Assembly (NCBI RefSeq): GCF_963921235.1
Contig: NC_086101.1
Coordinates: forward strand, 2,916,001-2,980,000
DNA: 64,000 bases
Source of the DNA: Mobula hypostoma
Lineage: Eukaryota
Direction: 5' to 3'
Below are positions 1 through 12,889 of the stretch, one piece after another. Within the stretch, counting starts at the first letter, position 1. Every line of letters starts with the position of its first letter. Both the position numbers and the translations under genes were made by a program. The notes under the pieces were generated by a model, which had not been told where the DNA came from, did not search any database, and was given only the letters and a program-made list of their open reading frames with translations.

Positions 1-642
1 TGGGGAACAGGAGTTGTACAAACTGGTAGTGATGGGTGTGGCCAGGTGAGGGGAGGTGGGACACCGGAGTTGTACAAATTGGTAGTGATGAGTGTGGCCA
101 GGTGAGGGGAGGTGGGGAACAGGAGGATACAAACTGGTAGCGATGGGTGTGGCCAGGTGAGGGGAAGTGTGGAACAGGAGGATACAAGCTGGTAGTGATG
201 GGTGTGGCCAGGTGAGGGGAGGTGGGGAACAGGAGTTGTACAAACTGGTAGCGATGGGTGTGGCCAGGTGAGGGGAAGTGTGGAACAGGAGTTGTACAAA
301 CTGGTAGTGATGGGTGTGGCCAGGTGAGGGGAGGTTGGGATCAGGAGGATACAAACTGGTAGTGATGGGTGTGGCCAGGTGAGGGGAGGTTGGGATCAGG
401 AGGATACAAACTGGTAGTGATGGGTGAGACCAGGTGAGGGAAAGTGGGGATCAGGAGGATACAAACTGGTAGTGATGGGTGAGGCCAGGTGAGGGGAGGT
501 GCGACACAGGAGGATACAAATTGGTAGTGATGGGTGTGGCCAGGTGATCAGGAGGATACAAACTGGTAGTGATGGGTGTGGCCAGGTGAGGGGAAGTGTG
601 GAACAGGAGGATACAAGCTGGTAGTGATGGGTGTGGCCAGGT
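1..642. repeat. ~56-bp minisatellite (about 11 copies, truncated by the window edge) in a VPS52 intron
   Basis: Unit TGGGGAACAGGAG(TTG/GA)TACAAACTGGTAGTGATGGGTGTGGCCAGGTGAGGGGAGG recurs at 1, 57, 113 and onward. Confidence 0.95.
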
Positions 643-664
643 AGAGTGGACGAGCATAATGATT

Positions 665-990
665 TTATTTATTTACTCACTCATTCATTCAGAGATACAG
701 CATAGAAAAGACACTTCCAGCCCTCCGAGCAGCACCTCCCAGCAACCCGCTGATTTAGCCCTAGTCTACTGTCATCACAGGACAGTTCACAATGGCCAAT
801 TAACCCACTAACCACTATGTCTCAGGACTGTGGGAGGAAACCGGAGCACCCGGAGGAAACGCACGCCCATGTGGTCACGGAAAGGTCGCGCAAACTACTT
901 CGAGAAGCTGCTGGAATTGAACTCTGACATCCGCAACGCCCTGCGCTGTAACGGCATCAAGCTCACCGCTACGCTGCTGTGGTGCTGGAA
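665..990 (-). mobile_element. tRNA-derived SINE
   Basis: Minus strand reads GCAGCGTAGCGGTGAGC...GAGTTCAATTCC (A/B-box-like), then GGTGCTCCGGTTTCCTCCCACAGTCC, and ends in an (AAAT)n tail. Related copies near 1230-1460, 2140-2390, 47140-47400, 47960-48210, 52560-52760 and 56100-56300. Confidence 0.75.
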
Positions 991-1459
991 GTAAGAAGTG
1001 AGGGTGAGAGGTGAGAGAGACAAAGTGCTGGAGAGGGAGGGATCTGATCGGCAAGGAGAGTGGGTCACAGGGCAAGGAGAGTGGGTCACAGGACAAGGAG
1101 AAGGGGGAGGAGTTCCAAAGGGAGGTGACGAGAAATGACGAGGTGACGGGGGAACCACAATGGGGATTGGTAAAACTGAGATGGGGGAAGGGTGAGAAAT
1201 CATGAGATGCTGGAGAAATTGATGTTCATGTCGCGCAATGCTGTTACAGCCTGAGGCATCGGAGTTTGGAATTCAATTCCAGCATCCTCAGTACACACAT
1301 TTCTTCCCAGGTACGTGTGGGTTTCTCCAAATGCTCTGTTCTCCTCCCACAATCCAAAGACATGCTGGAGAGTTGAGTAATCAAATTGTCCCATGATTAG
1401 GCAAGGGTCAAGAATGTGGTTTGCCAGGTGGCTCAGCTCTAGGAGCCTCAGGGGCCCAC

Positions 1460-2110
1460 TCCGTGCTGTATCAATCTGTGCTGACAATAAACTGGACTGG
1501 TCAAAGAACACTGAGGCTGTCTACAAGAAGGGTCAGAGCTGTCCCTATTTCCTGAGGAGATTGAGGTCCTTTAAAATCCGCCGGATGATGCTGAGGATGT
1601 TCTACGGGTCTGTGGTGGCCAGTGCTATCATGTTTGCTGTTGTGTGCTGGGGCAGCAGGCTGAGGGTAGCAGACACCAACAGAATCAACAAACTCATTCG
1701 TAAGGCCAGTGATGTGGTGGGGATGGAACTGGACTCTCTGACGGTGGTGTCTGAAAAGAGGATGCTGTCCAAGTTGCATGCCATCTTGGTCAATGTCTCC
1801 CATCCACTACATAATGGACTGGGTGGGCACAGGAGTACATTCAGCCAGAGACTCATTCCACCGAGATGCAACACAGAGCATCATAGGAAGTCATTCCTGC
1901 CTGTGGCCATCAAACTTTACAACTCCTCCCTTGGAGGGTCAGACACCCTGAGCCAATAGGCTGGTCCTGAACTTCATAATTTACTGGCATTATTTACATA
2001 TTACTATTTAACTACTTATGGCTCTATTACTATTTATTATTTATGGTGCAACTGTAACGAAAACCAATTTCCCCCGGGATCAATGAAGTATGACTATGAC
2101 TATGACTATC
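1460..2110 (+). mobile_element. Rex1/Babar-type LINE 3' fragment
   Basis: ORF 1393-1959 contains DNKLDWSKNT..YFLRRLRSF..FYGSVVASAIMFAVVCWG..RKSFLPVAIKLYN, an RT C-terminal region; ends in an (ATGACT)n tail. Confidence 0.8.
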
Positions 2111-2509
2111 CCTAAATAAACGAATTAATAGAACCCATCGAAATATTCATTGTTTGCATCAACAACCACCACAGGCTGGGCATCAGCTGGTGCCAGCCTG
2201 CAAGTGTTACCACATTTCCAGTGCCAACACAGCATGCCCACAACTTATTAACCCAAAATGTACGTCTTTGGAATGTGGGAGGAAACCAGAGCACTGAGCC
2301 ACACGGCCACAGGGAGAACATACAAACATTTTACAGACAACGTCGGGAATTGATTCTGTGTCGCTGGTGCTGTAAAACACCACGCTGCTGTGCCCGCCTG
2401 TCTTTCTGTCATTCCATCTTTGTAACATTTTGATTCCCTTTCCCTGCAAACAAATTTCTCAGTGTTTGTCGCCATGAGACGTTGCTGGGCCCAGTTCCCT
2501 CAGCCCTAC

Positions 2510-2660
2510 CTTGATCTTGAGACGATCGAGGATATCTTGCACATCAGAACACGCCAAGGTCTCCTTGAAGGACTGCTCCTTGACATAGTTGATTTTGTTA
2601 TTGAGCTCATGGAGCTGTTCCAGAAACTGCTGCTCCGTCACCGGGGTGTCCAGGATGATG
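2510..2660 (-). CDS. VPS52: VPS52 coding exon 7 (IILDTPVTEQQFLEQLHELNNKINYVKEQSFKETLACSDVQDILDRLKIK)
   Basis: Acceptor ttgcag|C, donor AAG|gtaggg, 151 nt, phase-compatible with exon 6; similar to human VPS52 ILEAPVTEPRFLEQLQEL..DRLRVK. Confidence 0.95.
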
Positions 2661-3760
2661 CTGCAATAGAAGGGAGGGGACAGTGAGGATCAGCAGCGGA
2701 AAACGGGTGTGGGCAGTTACTGGCAGCCATCGGGAGTCTCCAGGGTGTCCAGGATGATGCTGCAATAGAATGGAGGGGTCAGTGAGGATCAGCAGCGGAA
2801 AACGGGTGTGGGCAGTTACTGGCAGCCATCGGGAGTCTCCAGGGTGTCCAGGATGATGCTGCAATAGAAGGGAGGGGACAGTGAGGATCAGCAGCGGAAA
2901 ACGGGTGTGGACAGTTACTGGCAGCCATCGGGAGTCTCCAGGGTGTCCAGGATGATGCTGAAATAGAACGGAGGGGTCAGTGAGGATCAGCAGCGGAAAA
3001 CGGGTGTGGGCAGTTACTGGCAGCCATCGGGAGTCACCAGGGTGTCCAGGATGATGCTGAAATAGAAGGGAGGGGACAGTGAGGATCAGCAGCGGAAAAC
3101 GGGTGTGGACAGTTACTGGCAGCCATCGGGAGTCTCCAGGGTGTCCAGGATGATGCTGAAATAGAACGGAGGGGTCAGTGAGGATCAGCAGAGGAAAACG
3201 GGTGTGGGCAGTTACTGGCAGTCATCGGGAGTCTCCAAGGTGTCCAGGATGATGCTGAAATAGAATGGAGGGGACAGTGAGGATCAGCAGCGGAAAACGG
3301 GTGTGGGCAGTTACTGGCAGCCATCGGGAGTCTCCAGGGTGTCCAGGATGATGCTGAAATAGAACGGAGGGGTCAGTGAGGATCAGCAGCGGAAAACGGG
3401 TGTGGACAGTTACTGGCAGTCATCGGGAGTCTCCAGGGTGTCCAGGATGATGCTGCAATAGAACGGAGGGGTCAGTGAGGATCAGCAGTGGAAAACGGGT
3501 GTGGGCAGTTACTGGCAGTCATCGGGAGTCTCCAGGGTGTCCAGGATGATGCTGCAATAGAACGGAGGGGTCAGTGAGGATCAGCAGCGGAAAACGGGTG
3601 TGGACAGTTACTGGCAGCCATCGGGAGTCACCAAGGTGTCCAGGATGATGCTGCAATAGAACGGAGGGGACAGTGAGGGGCAGCAGTGGAAAACGGGTGT
3701 GGACAGTTACTGGCAGCCATCGGGAGTCTCCAGGGTGTCCAGGATGATGTTGAACAGAAT
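2641..3760. repeat. 99-bp tandem repeat (about 11.2 copies) overlapping the VPS52 exon 7 acceptor
   Basis: CAGGATGATG recurs at exact 99-nt spacing from 2651, 2750 through to 3740. Confidence 0.97.
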
Positions 3761-4689
3761 GGAGCCGGACAGCGTTCGGATAACAGGCGCGGACACAAGA
3801 TTTGCAGATACTAGGGCTCTAACTATTCCTCTATGGGATGGGGACAACACTGGCACTAGTTATTGCCCCCCCCCCCCCATCCAGCATATAGCCTACAAAG
3901 CCATTTCAAAGTTCTAGATGCTTAAAGTAAACTTACTATCAAAGTACATATATGTCACCATAAACTACCTTGAAAATCATTTTCTTTCAGGCATTCAGAA
4001 TACAACAGAGATATACAATAAAATCAATAAAAGACTGATAAACAACCAATTGCAAAAGAAGACAAACTATGCAATTTTTAAAAAAAATAATGAATAAGAT
4101 TCAACGTTGTTTAATGTCATTTCCCGTACACAGGTGTAAAGAGAACAAAATAAACGCTACTCCCGATCAGATGCAACACAAAAAATAAACACAAAAGATA
4201 AAGTACACAATAATAATAATAGAAACAAAAATTATCCAGTAAATACATAAGATAGCTTACATACATAAATTGATTGTTCGTCCATTAAGTGACACGACGC
4301 TGTACATAAGGTGACTGATGAGAAATGTGAAAAACATAGTAAAAATATGGGAGAATAAAGTGAGCACCATTATTTGGAGCAGAATAGTCACTGTGTCCCT
4401 GTGTACCGCCATGTTGGATGCAAATTTTAAAATTTAAATATAAATAAGTAAATAACACTGAGGACGCGTGTTGTATTGTCCTTGAAAGTGAGACTGCAGG
4501 TCGAAGTACAGATATTTGGTGAGTGAAGTTATCCATGTCTGTTCAGGAGCCTGATGGATTTCAGGTAATAACTGTTCCTGAACCTGCTGGATTAGTCCGT
4601 AAGTAGTGGAATAGTTCAGAGTTGTGGTGAGTAAAGTTATCCACACCGGTTCAGGAGCCCGATGGTCGAAAGGTTTCATTCTTGTCAGG

Positions 4690-5290
4690 GGTTGGAGTCA
4701 TGAACTTCTGTAGATGCACAATGGAGAGAATACTACCTGACTGCATCACGGCCTGGAATGGAAACACCAATGCCCAGGAATGGGAGAAACTACAGAAAGT
4801 GGTGGATACAGCCCGGTCCATCACAGGCAAAGCCGTCCCCACCATTGAGCGCCACTGCAACGAGAGCTGCCACAGGAAAGCAGCGTCCATCGTCAAGGAC
4901 TCCAACTATCCAGGCCTTGCTCTCTTCTTGCCACACCATCGGGTAGAAGGTACAGGAGCCTGAGATCCCACACCACCAGGTTCAGGAACAGCCAATACCC
5001 TAAATCCATCGGGCTCCTGAATCAGTGTGGGATAACTTCACTCCCCACAACTCTGAATTGATCCTATAACTTACAGACTGACTTTCAGGGACTCTTTTCA
5101 ACTCATGTCCTCAGTTTTTTTTTCTATAATTTGTCTTCTGCACACTGGTCCTTTGTCAGTCTTTGCTAATGGAGTCTTTCATAAATTCTGTATTTTATTT
5201 TTTTCTGCAAATGCCTGCAAGAAAATTACACTCAAGATAACATATAGTAACATACACATAACTTGAAAATAAATTTTATTTCGATTTGGA
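4690..5290 (+). mobile_element. Rex1/Babar-type LINE 3' fragment
   Basis: NFCRCTMERILPDCITAWNGN..KLQKVVDTARSITG; same family as 10630-10990, 11150-11500, 32940-33930 and 53070-53860. Confidence 0.7.
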
Positions 5291-5479
5291 CTCTGAACAA
5301 AGCATGTGATCAAATATGGTCGTTCTCCCCACTTCCCCCCCCATCTGGATGTAAATCCAGTGGCTTCAGGGTCGGGGTTACTGGAGACATAAGAAACTGC
5401 AGACAGGTCTCAACCCACAACATTGATCGACTATTTGCCTCCAGCATTTCAGAGCATCACGTGCTGCTGCACAGAAACA

Positions 5480-6350
5480 GGCCCTTTCACCTTTCTGGTC
5501 TTTAATGGCCTGTTTTCTTGCCCAATTCCATCAACCTTCACCTGGACTGTTGCCCTCCGTAACCCTCCCGTCCACGTACCAAATTTCTCTTAAATGTTGA
5601 AATCGACCCCACATCCACCTCTTGCACTGGCAGCTCGTCCCACACTCTCACCACCCTCTGAATGAAGAAGCATTTCACCTTTCATCGTTAACTCCTGATC
5701 TGTAGTTCCAGTCCCACCCAAACTCAGAGGAGAAAGCCTGCTCGTATTTACCCTATCTATACCCCACATAATATTGTATACCTCTATCAAATCTCCTCTC
5801 ATTCTTCCACATTCCATGGAATAAAATCCTAACCTATTCAACCCTTCCCTATAACTCAGTCCTCAAAACCTTGAAATATCTTTGTACATTTCCTCTACAC
5901 TCTTTCAACCTTGTTGATATCTTTCCTGTATGTAGGTGACCACAACTGCACACAATACTCCAAATTTGGCCTTGTACAACTTCAGCAGAACATCCCAAAC
6001 ACCTGTACTCAAAACTTTGATTTATGATACACAAAGTGACAAAAGCTCTCTTTACGACCCTATCTACCTCTGATGCCACTTTCAAGGAATTATGGATCTC
6101 TACACCCAGATAGATTGGTTCTACCGCACTCCTCAGTGCCCTATTGTTCATTTTGTAAGTCATACCCTGGTTTGTTCTCCCAAAGTGCAACACTTCACAC
6201 TTGTCAGCATTAAATTCCATCTGCCGCTTTTTAGCGCACTTTTCCAGCGAGACCAGATCCTACTGCAAGGTACGATAAGCCTTCCTCACTGTCCAGTACA
6301 CACCCAGTCTTGGAGCAATCTGCAAAATGGCTGAACCAGTTACCACGTCT
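5480..6350 (-). mobile_element. CR1 LINE 3' fragment
   Basis: MEFNADKCEVLHFGRTN and RMRGDLIEVY motifs of the CR1 ORF2 C-terminus. Confidence 0.85.
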
Positions 6351-7000
6351 ATATGATCTGCCCTCAATGTCCTACACAGCAGGGAATAAAACCCCAGCTT
6401 CCCTGTAAATCAGGTCCTCTAGTCCCAGCAACATCTTTGAAAATTTTCTCTCAATTCATTAATTTTATTTATACCTTCCCTGTAGGTAGGCGACCAGAAC
6501 TGGACAAAAATACTCCAAGTTTATCTTATACAACTTCAACAGCCCCTGCACTTGATGCCCAGATTTTGGCAGTGTTCTCCGGTCATAGTTTTGGAAGCTG
6601 CTTCCTATCCCACATCCACGGTACCGGATTCAGTTCTGTAGCCAACACAGTGAAGGTCAGAATCAGCGGAGTAGATTAAGCTGTCACCTTGAACACCCCA
6701 CAGTGGGCGAGGCTGCGGGGGGTGTATGGGGATGGAGAGCTGAAACAATAGGACTGAGGACGGTGAGAACTGGACGACTGCATGGATCATTGAAGCACAT
6801 TTAACCACCAGGCTGACATTGCTCCCGTTGAGCTCAGCACTGTGAGTGAGGCTGCGAGTGGTGGGGGGGGATGAGGTTGGGGCAGGCCAACCGCGACTGA
6901 CAGCTGAAGCACCTTGGGCGAGGCCGGATGGGGTCGGGGAGGTCTGGGAGAGGTTGACGCAGGGGCCACAGATGGGACACGGGAAGCGTCGCTGACTCAC

Positions 7001-7176
7001 GCGATCATGGCGTTCGGCACCACGAGCTCGTCGACTAGCTGGCTGAGCTCGCTGCGGACAGACTGGCGGTTCTTCAGCTTGATGTTCATGGCGATGGACT
7101 GCTCCTGCAGTGTCTGGATCTCACAGCTGATGCTGCTGAGGTCACTCTGGAAGGTGCTGAGCATCTGCTCCATTCT
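7001..7176 (-). CDS. VPS52: VPS52 coding exon 6 (RMEQMLSTFQSDLSSISCEIQTLQEQSIAMNIKLKNRQSVRSELSQLVDELVVPNAMIA)
   Basis: gcacag|AGA ... GC|gtgagt, 176 nt; close to human RMEQMLGAFQSDLSSISSEIRTLQEQSGAMNIRLRNRQ. Confidence 0.97.
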
Positions 7177-7699
7177 CTGTGCAGCGGGATAATGGGGTGG
7201 CGTTAAGGGACAGAGCGAAAGAAGCTTTCCCGTACTGCACAGTGCCCAACACATCACCGGCCATCAAGGACATAGGGTACGTACATAAAGGTGCCGGAAA
7301 GGGGCCAGTACGGTAGTGAAGGATCCCTCCCGCCCTGCTCACGGACTGTTTGTCCCGCTCCCATCGGCGAGGAGGCTACGCAGCATTCATACCAGGACCA
7401 CCAGACTCAAAAACAGTTACTTACCCCAAGCAGTAAGACTGAGCAACACCTCCACACCCCCAATCACCACGACTTGATCATTTCCTGTCAGTCACCTTAC
7501 ATACAGACACTCCTGTACCTAGCGTTACTTTACAGACATACAATCAATCTCATCTCCCCACTCCTACATCCCTAAGACCCTGCACACCGTCTTTGATTCT
7601 TTCTGTCAGTTACCCCGCCTAGAGACAATTAACACTGGCCAATTACCGTTGGTGGCACGGTAGCGTAGTGGCTAGCGCAATAGTTTACAGCATCAGCAT

Positions 7700-10620
7700 A
7701 AGACCACAAGTCATAGGAGCAGAATCAAGCCATTCAGCCCATCGAGATTCCACCATGGCTGATCCCAGATCCCACTCAACCCCCTGCTTTCTCACCATAT
7801 CCTTTGATGCCCTGATAGATCAGGACACGATCAACTTCCGCCTTAAATATACCCACAGACTTGGCCTCCAGCTCAGTCTGTGGCAGAGCATGCCATAGAC
7901 GTACAACTCTCTGGCTAAAAATAAATTCCTCCTTAACTCTGTTCTAAAGGTCGCCCCTCAATTTTGAGGCTGTGCCTTCCAGTTCTGGATACCCCCACGA
8001 TAGGAAACATCATCCCCATATCCACCCTATCTAGTGCTTTCAACATTCGGTAGGTTTCAAAGAGATCCCCCCCCCACCCCCCCCGCATTCGTCTAAATTT
8101 CTGTGACCACAGACCCAAAGCTGCCAAACACCCGTCACACGTTAACCCCTTCATTCCTGGAATCACCCTTGGGAATCTCCACTGGACTCTCTCCAATAAC
8201 AACACGTCCTCAGCATTATCTCCTTGCTTTTATATTCTATTCCCCTTCAAATAAATGCCAGCAATTTATTTGCCTTCTTTACCCCAGAGTCAACCTGTAA
8301 ATTAACCCTCTGGGAGTCCTGCCGGAGGACTCCCAAGTCCCTCTGCACCTCTGATGTTTGAACCTTCTCCCCATTTAGATAACAGTCCGCACTATTGTTC
8401 CTTTTACCAAAATGCATTATCATACATTTCCCAACATTGTATTCCATCTGTCACTTTTTTGCCCATTCTTCCAATTCGTCTAAGTTCTGCGTCAATCGCA
8501 ACACTTTCTCAGCACTACCTACCCTCTTACTTATCTTCATATCATCCACAAACTTTGCCACAAAGCCATCAATTCCATTATCCAAGTCATTGACAAAAAA
8601 TGTGAAAAGTAACCGTGCCAATACTGGCCCCTGAGAAACACCACTAGTCACTGGCAGCCAACCAGGAAAGGCCCCTTTTATTCTCACTCACTGCCTCCTG
8701 CCTGTCAGCCATTCCGTTATCCATGCCAGTGTCTATCCTGTAACACCATAGGATTTTATCTTGTTAAGCAGCCTCATAGGTGGCATCTTCTCAAACGCCT
8801 TCTAAAAATCTAAGTAAATGACATCCACTGTCTCTCCTTTGTGCACCCTGCTTGTTACTTCCTCGAAGAACTCTAGCAGATTTGTCAGGCAAGATTTCCC
8901 TTTACAGAAGCCATGCTGACTTTAACTTATTTTATCATTAGTCTCCAAGTACCTCAAATCCACATTAATAATAGACTCCAACACTTCCCCAACCACTGAG
9001 GTTAGGCTAACCAGCCTGTAATTTCCTTTCTTTTGCTTTCGTCCCTTCTTAAAGAGTGGAGTGACATTTGCAATTTTCCAGTCCTCTGGGACCATGCCAG
9101 AATGAAGTGATTCTTGAAAGATCACGACCAATGCATACATTGTCTCTTCAGCAACCTCCCTTAGGACTCTGGAATATAGTCCATCGGTCCAGGTGACTTA
9201 CCCACCTTAAGACTTTTGAGTTTGTCTAGCCCTTTTTCCTCTGTAATATCAATGGCAGACACTCCTACTCCCAGACACTCACAGGCCTCTGGTGCACTGC
9301 TAGTGTCTTTCACAATGAGGACTGATGCAAAGTACCCATTAAGTTCATCTGCCATTTCTTTGTCCCCCATTACTACCAGCATCATTTTCCAGTAGTCCAG
9401 TATCAACTCTCACTTCCCCTTTGTATAACTCAAAAAACTTTTGGTATCCTGCTTTATATTACTGGCTAGTCTGCCCTCATATTTCATCTTTTCCCTTCTT
9501 AAGGCTTTTTTAGTTGCATTTTGTTGGATTTTAAAAGCTTCCCAATCATTCAAATTCCCACTCACTTTTGCTACCTTATCCTTGGCTTTTATGCAGTCCT
9601 CAACCTCCCTTGTCAGCCACAGTTGCCTATCTCTGCCATTTGAAAAACTCTTCCTCTGTGGGATATACCTATCCTGCACCCTGTGAACTATTCCCAGAAA
9701 TTTCAGCCATCTCTGTTCTGCTGTCATCCCCACCAGTATCCTCCTCCAATCCACCTGGGCAAGCTCTTCTCTCATGTCTAAATTCCCTTTACTCCATTGT
9801 GATATAGATACATGTGAGTTATACTTCTCCCTCTCAAACTGCAGTATGAATTTAATCATATTATGATCACTGTCTCCTAAGGGTGTCTTTATGCTAAGCT
9901 CCCTAATAAGATCTGGGTTATTACACAACACCCAATCTAAGATAGCCCTTCCCCGAGTAGGCTCAAGCACAAGCTGCTCTGAAAAGCCATCTCATAGCCA
10001 CTCAACAAATTCCCTCTCTTGTTATCAGACACCAACCTGATTTTCCCAATCCCCTTGCATATTGAAGTCCTCAATTACAATTGTAACATTACCCTTATTA
10101 CATGCCTTTTCCAGCTCCCTTTGCAATCTCAACCCCACATCTTGGCTACTATTTGGAGGCATACATATGATTCCCATAATGTTCTTTTTACCCTTGGAGT
10201 TTCTTAACTGCACCCACAAAGATTCAACATTCTCTGACCCAATGTCACCTCTTTCTAAAGATGTAATTCCATCTCTTACCAACAGAGCCACACCTTCATG
10301 GCTGTCCTGTTGATTGAAAGTAAATCCTCTGATGTTGAACTCCCAACTGTGGCCATCTTTCAGCCACTACTCAGTGATGCCCACAATGTCACACCGACCA
10401 ATCTTTAATTGTGTCACGAGTTTGTCAGAATGCTACGTGCATTTACACAGAGCGCCTTCACTCCTTCATTCTTCACCCTTTTGAATTTTGCCTCTGTGGT
10501 ACAATTTAACCCTTTGCTATGCCTGCATTTGCACCCGAACACTGGTTTGACCTTTCTTACATTCATGTTACATATTACATCATCTGCTTGTGAACCTGCT
10601 GGCTCATCCCCAGCTCATTT
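7700..10620 (-). mobile_element. CR1 LINE, decayed ORF2 (APE endonuclease + RT)
   Basis: Frameshifted pieces EPTRGRAILDWVLCN, LGDSDHNMI, PEDWKIANVTPLFKKG, TSGVSQGPVL, AKFVDD; CATAAGAC-type tail near 7697. Confidence 0.92.
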
Positions 10621-11829
10621 GCCCATTTAGGAATTGGATGGCAGAGGGGAAGGATCTGTTCCTGAATCGCTGAGTGTGTGCCTTCAGGCTTCTGTACCTC
10701 TTTCCTGATGGTAACAGTGAGAAAAGGGCATGCCCTGCGTGATGGGGGCCCTTAATAATGGGTGTCACCTTTCTGAGGCACCACTCCTTGAAGATGTCTT
10801 AGATACTATGGAGGCTAGTACCCAAGATGGAGCTGATTAACCTTACAACTTTCTGTAGCTTCTTTTGATCCTGTCCAGAGGGCCCGCCCCCCCACGCCCC
10901 ACACAAGACAGTGATGCAGCCTGTCTGAATGCTCTCCAAGGTACACATGTCGAAGTTTTCGAGTCTCCTCAAACTCCTAATGAAATACAACTTACTTGTG
11001 GCAATATTTTGTTTTATGTGCTGTGCGTGATATATGTTTTGTGGGTACCCAGTGGTCCAGAAGAACATTATTTCGTGTGCCCTACATATGTAGTCAGATG
11101 AACTTGAATTCCCTGCCGTCACGGGCAAGTAAAGCTAATCTCTCCAGAACACCAGATCCTTGACTTTTTCATTGGGAGTCTGCAGTCAGTGCGATCAGAA
11201 ATAACACCTCCTCACCAGGCACCTCAGGGGTGTGTGCTTAGCCCACTGCTTTACTCTCTCTTCACCATGACTGCGTGGCTAGGCACAACTCAGGCACCAT
11301 CCATACATTCTTCGACGGCACAACTGTGTTCGGCAGAATCTGATGATGCCGAGGAGGCATACAGGAGTGAGATAGGTCAGCTGGTTGAGTGGTGTCACAA
11401 CAACCTTGCGCAGGAAGACCAAGGAACTGACTGTAGACTTCAGGAAGGGGAAGTCGTGGAGACATACATGTCCTCATCGAGGGATCAACAATAGGAAGAG
11501 TGAGCAGATTCAAGTTCCATTACTACCATCACAGAGGAGGTCCAGGAGCCTGAAGACACCCACAACGTTTAGTTACAGTTTATTCCCATCTGCCAGTACT
11601 TTCCTCGCCTTTTACCCAATTTATTTTTATATATATTTATTGTAATTTATGGTATTTTTCATGACTGACACTGTCATGCTGCCACAAACCAACAAATTAC
11701 ACCACATGGGTTAGTGAGAATAAACCCGTCCGATTCTAAAAACACCTCTATTACAGGACAAAGTCCTCATACCCCTCATCACCTCAAGTCTGCTGGAGGC
11801 CGCCTGCACTGGGATCGGAGGACCATTCC

Positions 11830-12480
11830 TGTGTGTGTGAGTGGGTGGGAGGGAGGGAGGAAAAGAGCTCGGCGGACTGTCTGTGTGTGAGAGGGAGGGA
11901 GGAAAAGAGCTCGGAGGACCGTCTGTGTGTGAGTGGGTGGGAGGGAGGAAAACAGCTCAGAGGACTGTCTGTGTGTGAGTGGGAGGGAGGGAGGGAGGAA
12001 AAGAGCTCAGAGGACTGACTGTGTGTGAGTGGGAGGGAGGGAGGAAAAGAGCTCAGAGGACTGACTGTGTGTAAGAGGGAGGGAGGGAGGAAAAGAGCTC
12101 GGAGGACCGTCTGTGTGTGTGTGGGAGGGAGGGAGGAAAAGAGCTCGGAGGACTGACTGTGTGTGAGAGGGAGGGAGGAAAAGAGCTCGGAGGACCGTCT
12201 GTGTGTGTGTGAGAGGGAGGAAAAGAGCTCGGAGGACTGACTGTGTGTGAGAGGGAGGGAGGAAAAGAGCTCGGAGGACCGTCTGTGTGTGTGTGAGAGG
12301 GAGGAAAAGAGCTCGGAGGACTGACTGTGTGTGAGTGGGAGGGAGGAAGGAAAAGAGCTTGGAGGACTGACTGTGTGTCAGAAAGAGGGAGGAAAAGAGC
12401 TCGGAGGACCGTCTGTGTGTGAGTGGGAGGGAGGAAAAGAGCTCAGAGGACCATCTGTGAGTGGGAGGGAGGAAAAGAGT
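11830..12480. repeat. ~40-46-bp purine-rich minisatellite
   Basis: Unit GTGTGTGAGTGGGAGGGAGGGAGGAAAAGAGCTCGGAGGACTGTCT with variable GGGA count. Confidence 0.93.
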
Positions 12481-12545
12481 TTGTTTTGCTGTTGTGTTCC
12501 ATTACTTTGTTGTGCTGCTGTTGTTTGTTTTGTTCCACTGAACAT

Positions 12546-12858
12546 TTCTTTTAGGCATCCGTTAGCTTCGCGAGACCATGGATTTGCGCCTTGGAAGGTT
12601 TCCAGGGTGCAGGCCTGGGCAAGGTTGTATGGAAGACTGGCAGTTGCCCATGCTGCAAGTCTCCCCTCTCCATGCCACTGATGTTGTCCAAGGGAAGGAC
12701 ATTAGGACCCATACAGCTTGGCACCGGTGTTGTCGCAGAGCAATGTGTAGTTAAGTGCCTTGCTCAAGGACACAACACGCTGCCTCAGCTGAGGCTTGAA
12801 CTAGCGACCTTCAGATCACTAGACCAACACCTTAACCACTTGGCCATGTGCCAACACA
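12546..12858 (-). mobile_element. tRNA-derived SINE (second family)
   Basis: Minus strand has TGGCCAAGTGGTTAAGG (A box), AGTTCAAGCC (B box), then GTGTCCTTGAGCAAGGCACTT. Confidence 0.75.
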
Positions 12859-12889
12859 TACTGAACATCATGGGCATGGTTATCTTATA

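Noticed and set aside
120..620. GTATCCTCC U12-donor-like words on the minus strand of the first minisatellite
   Set aside because: Imperfect consensus inside repeat units, with no coding exon in front
1..2509. VPS52 exon 8 (expected to start near AVTKIREFILQKIY)
   Set aside because: Not found; the gene presumably continues left of the window
7201..7210. U12-like branch sequence TCCCTTAACG before VPS52 exon 6
   Set aside because: The matching donor is GTAGGT (U2-type), so this is probably just a strong branch point
7650..7700. tRNA-like TGGCACGGTAGCGTAGTGGCTAGC
   Set aside because: SINE head cut off by a CR1 tail; no complete cloverleaf
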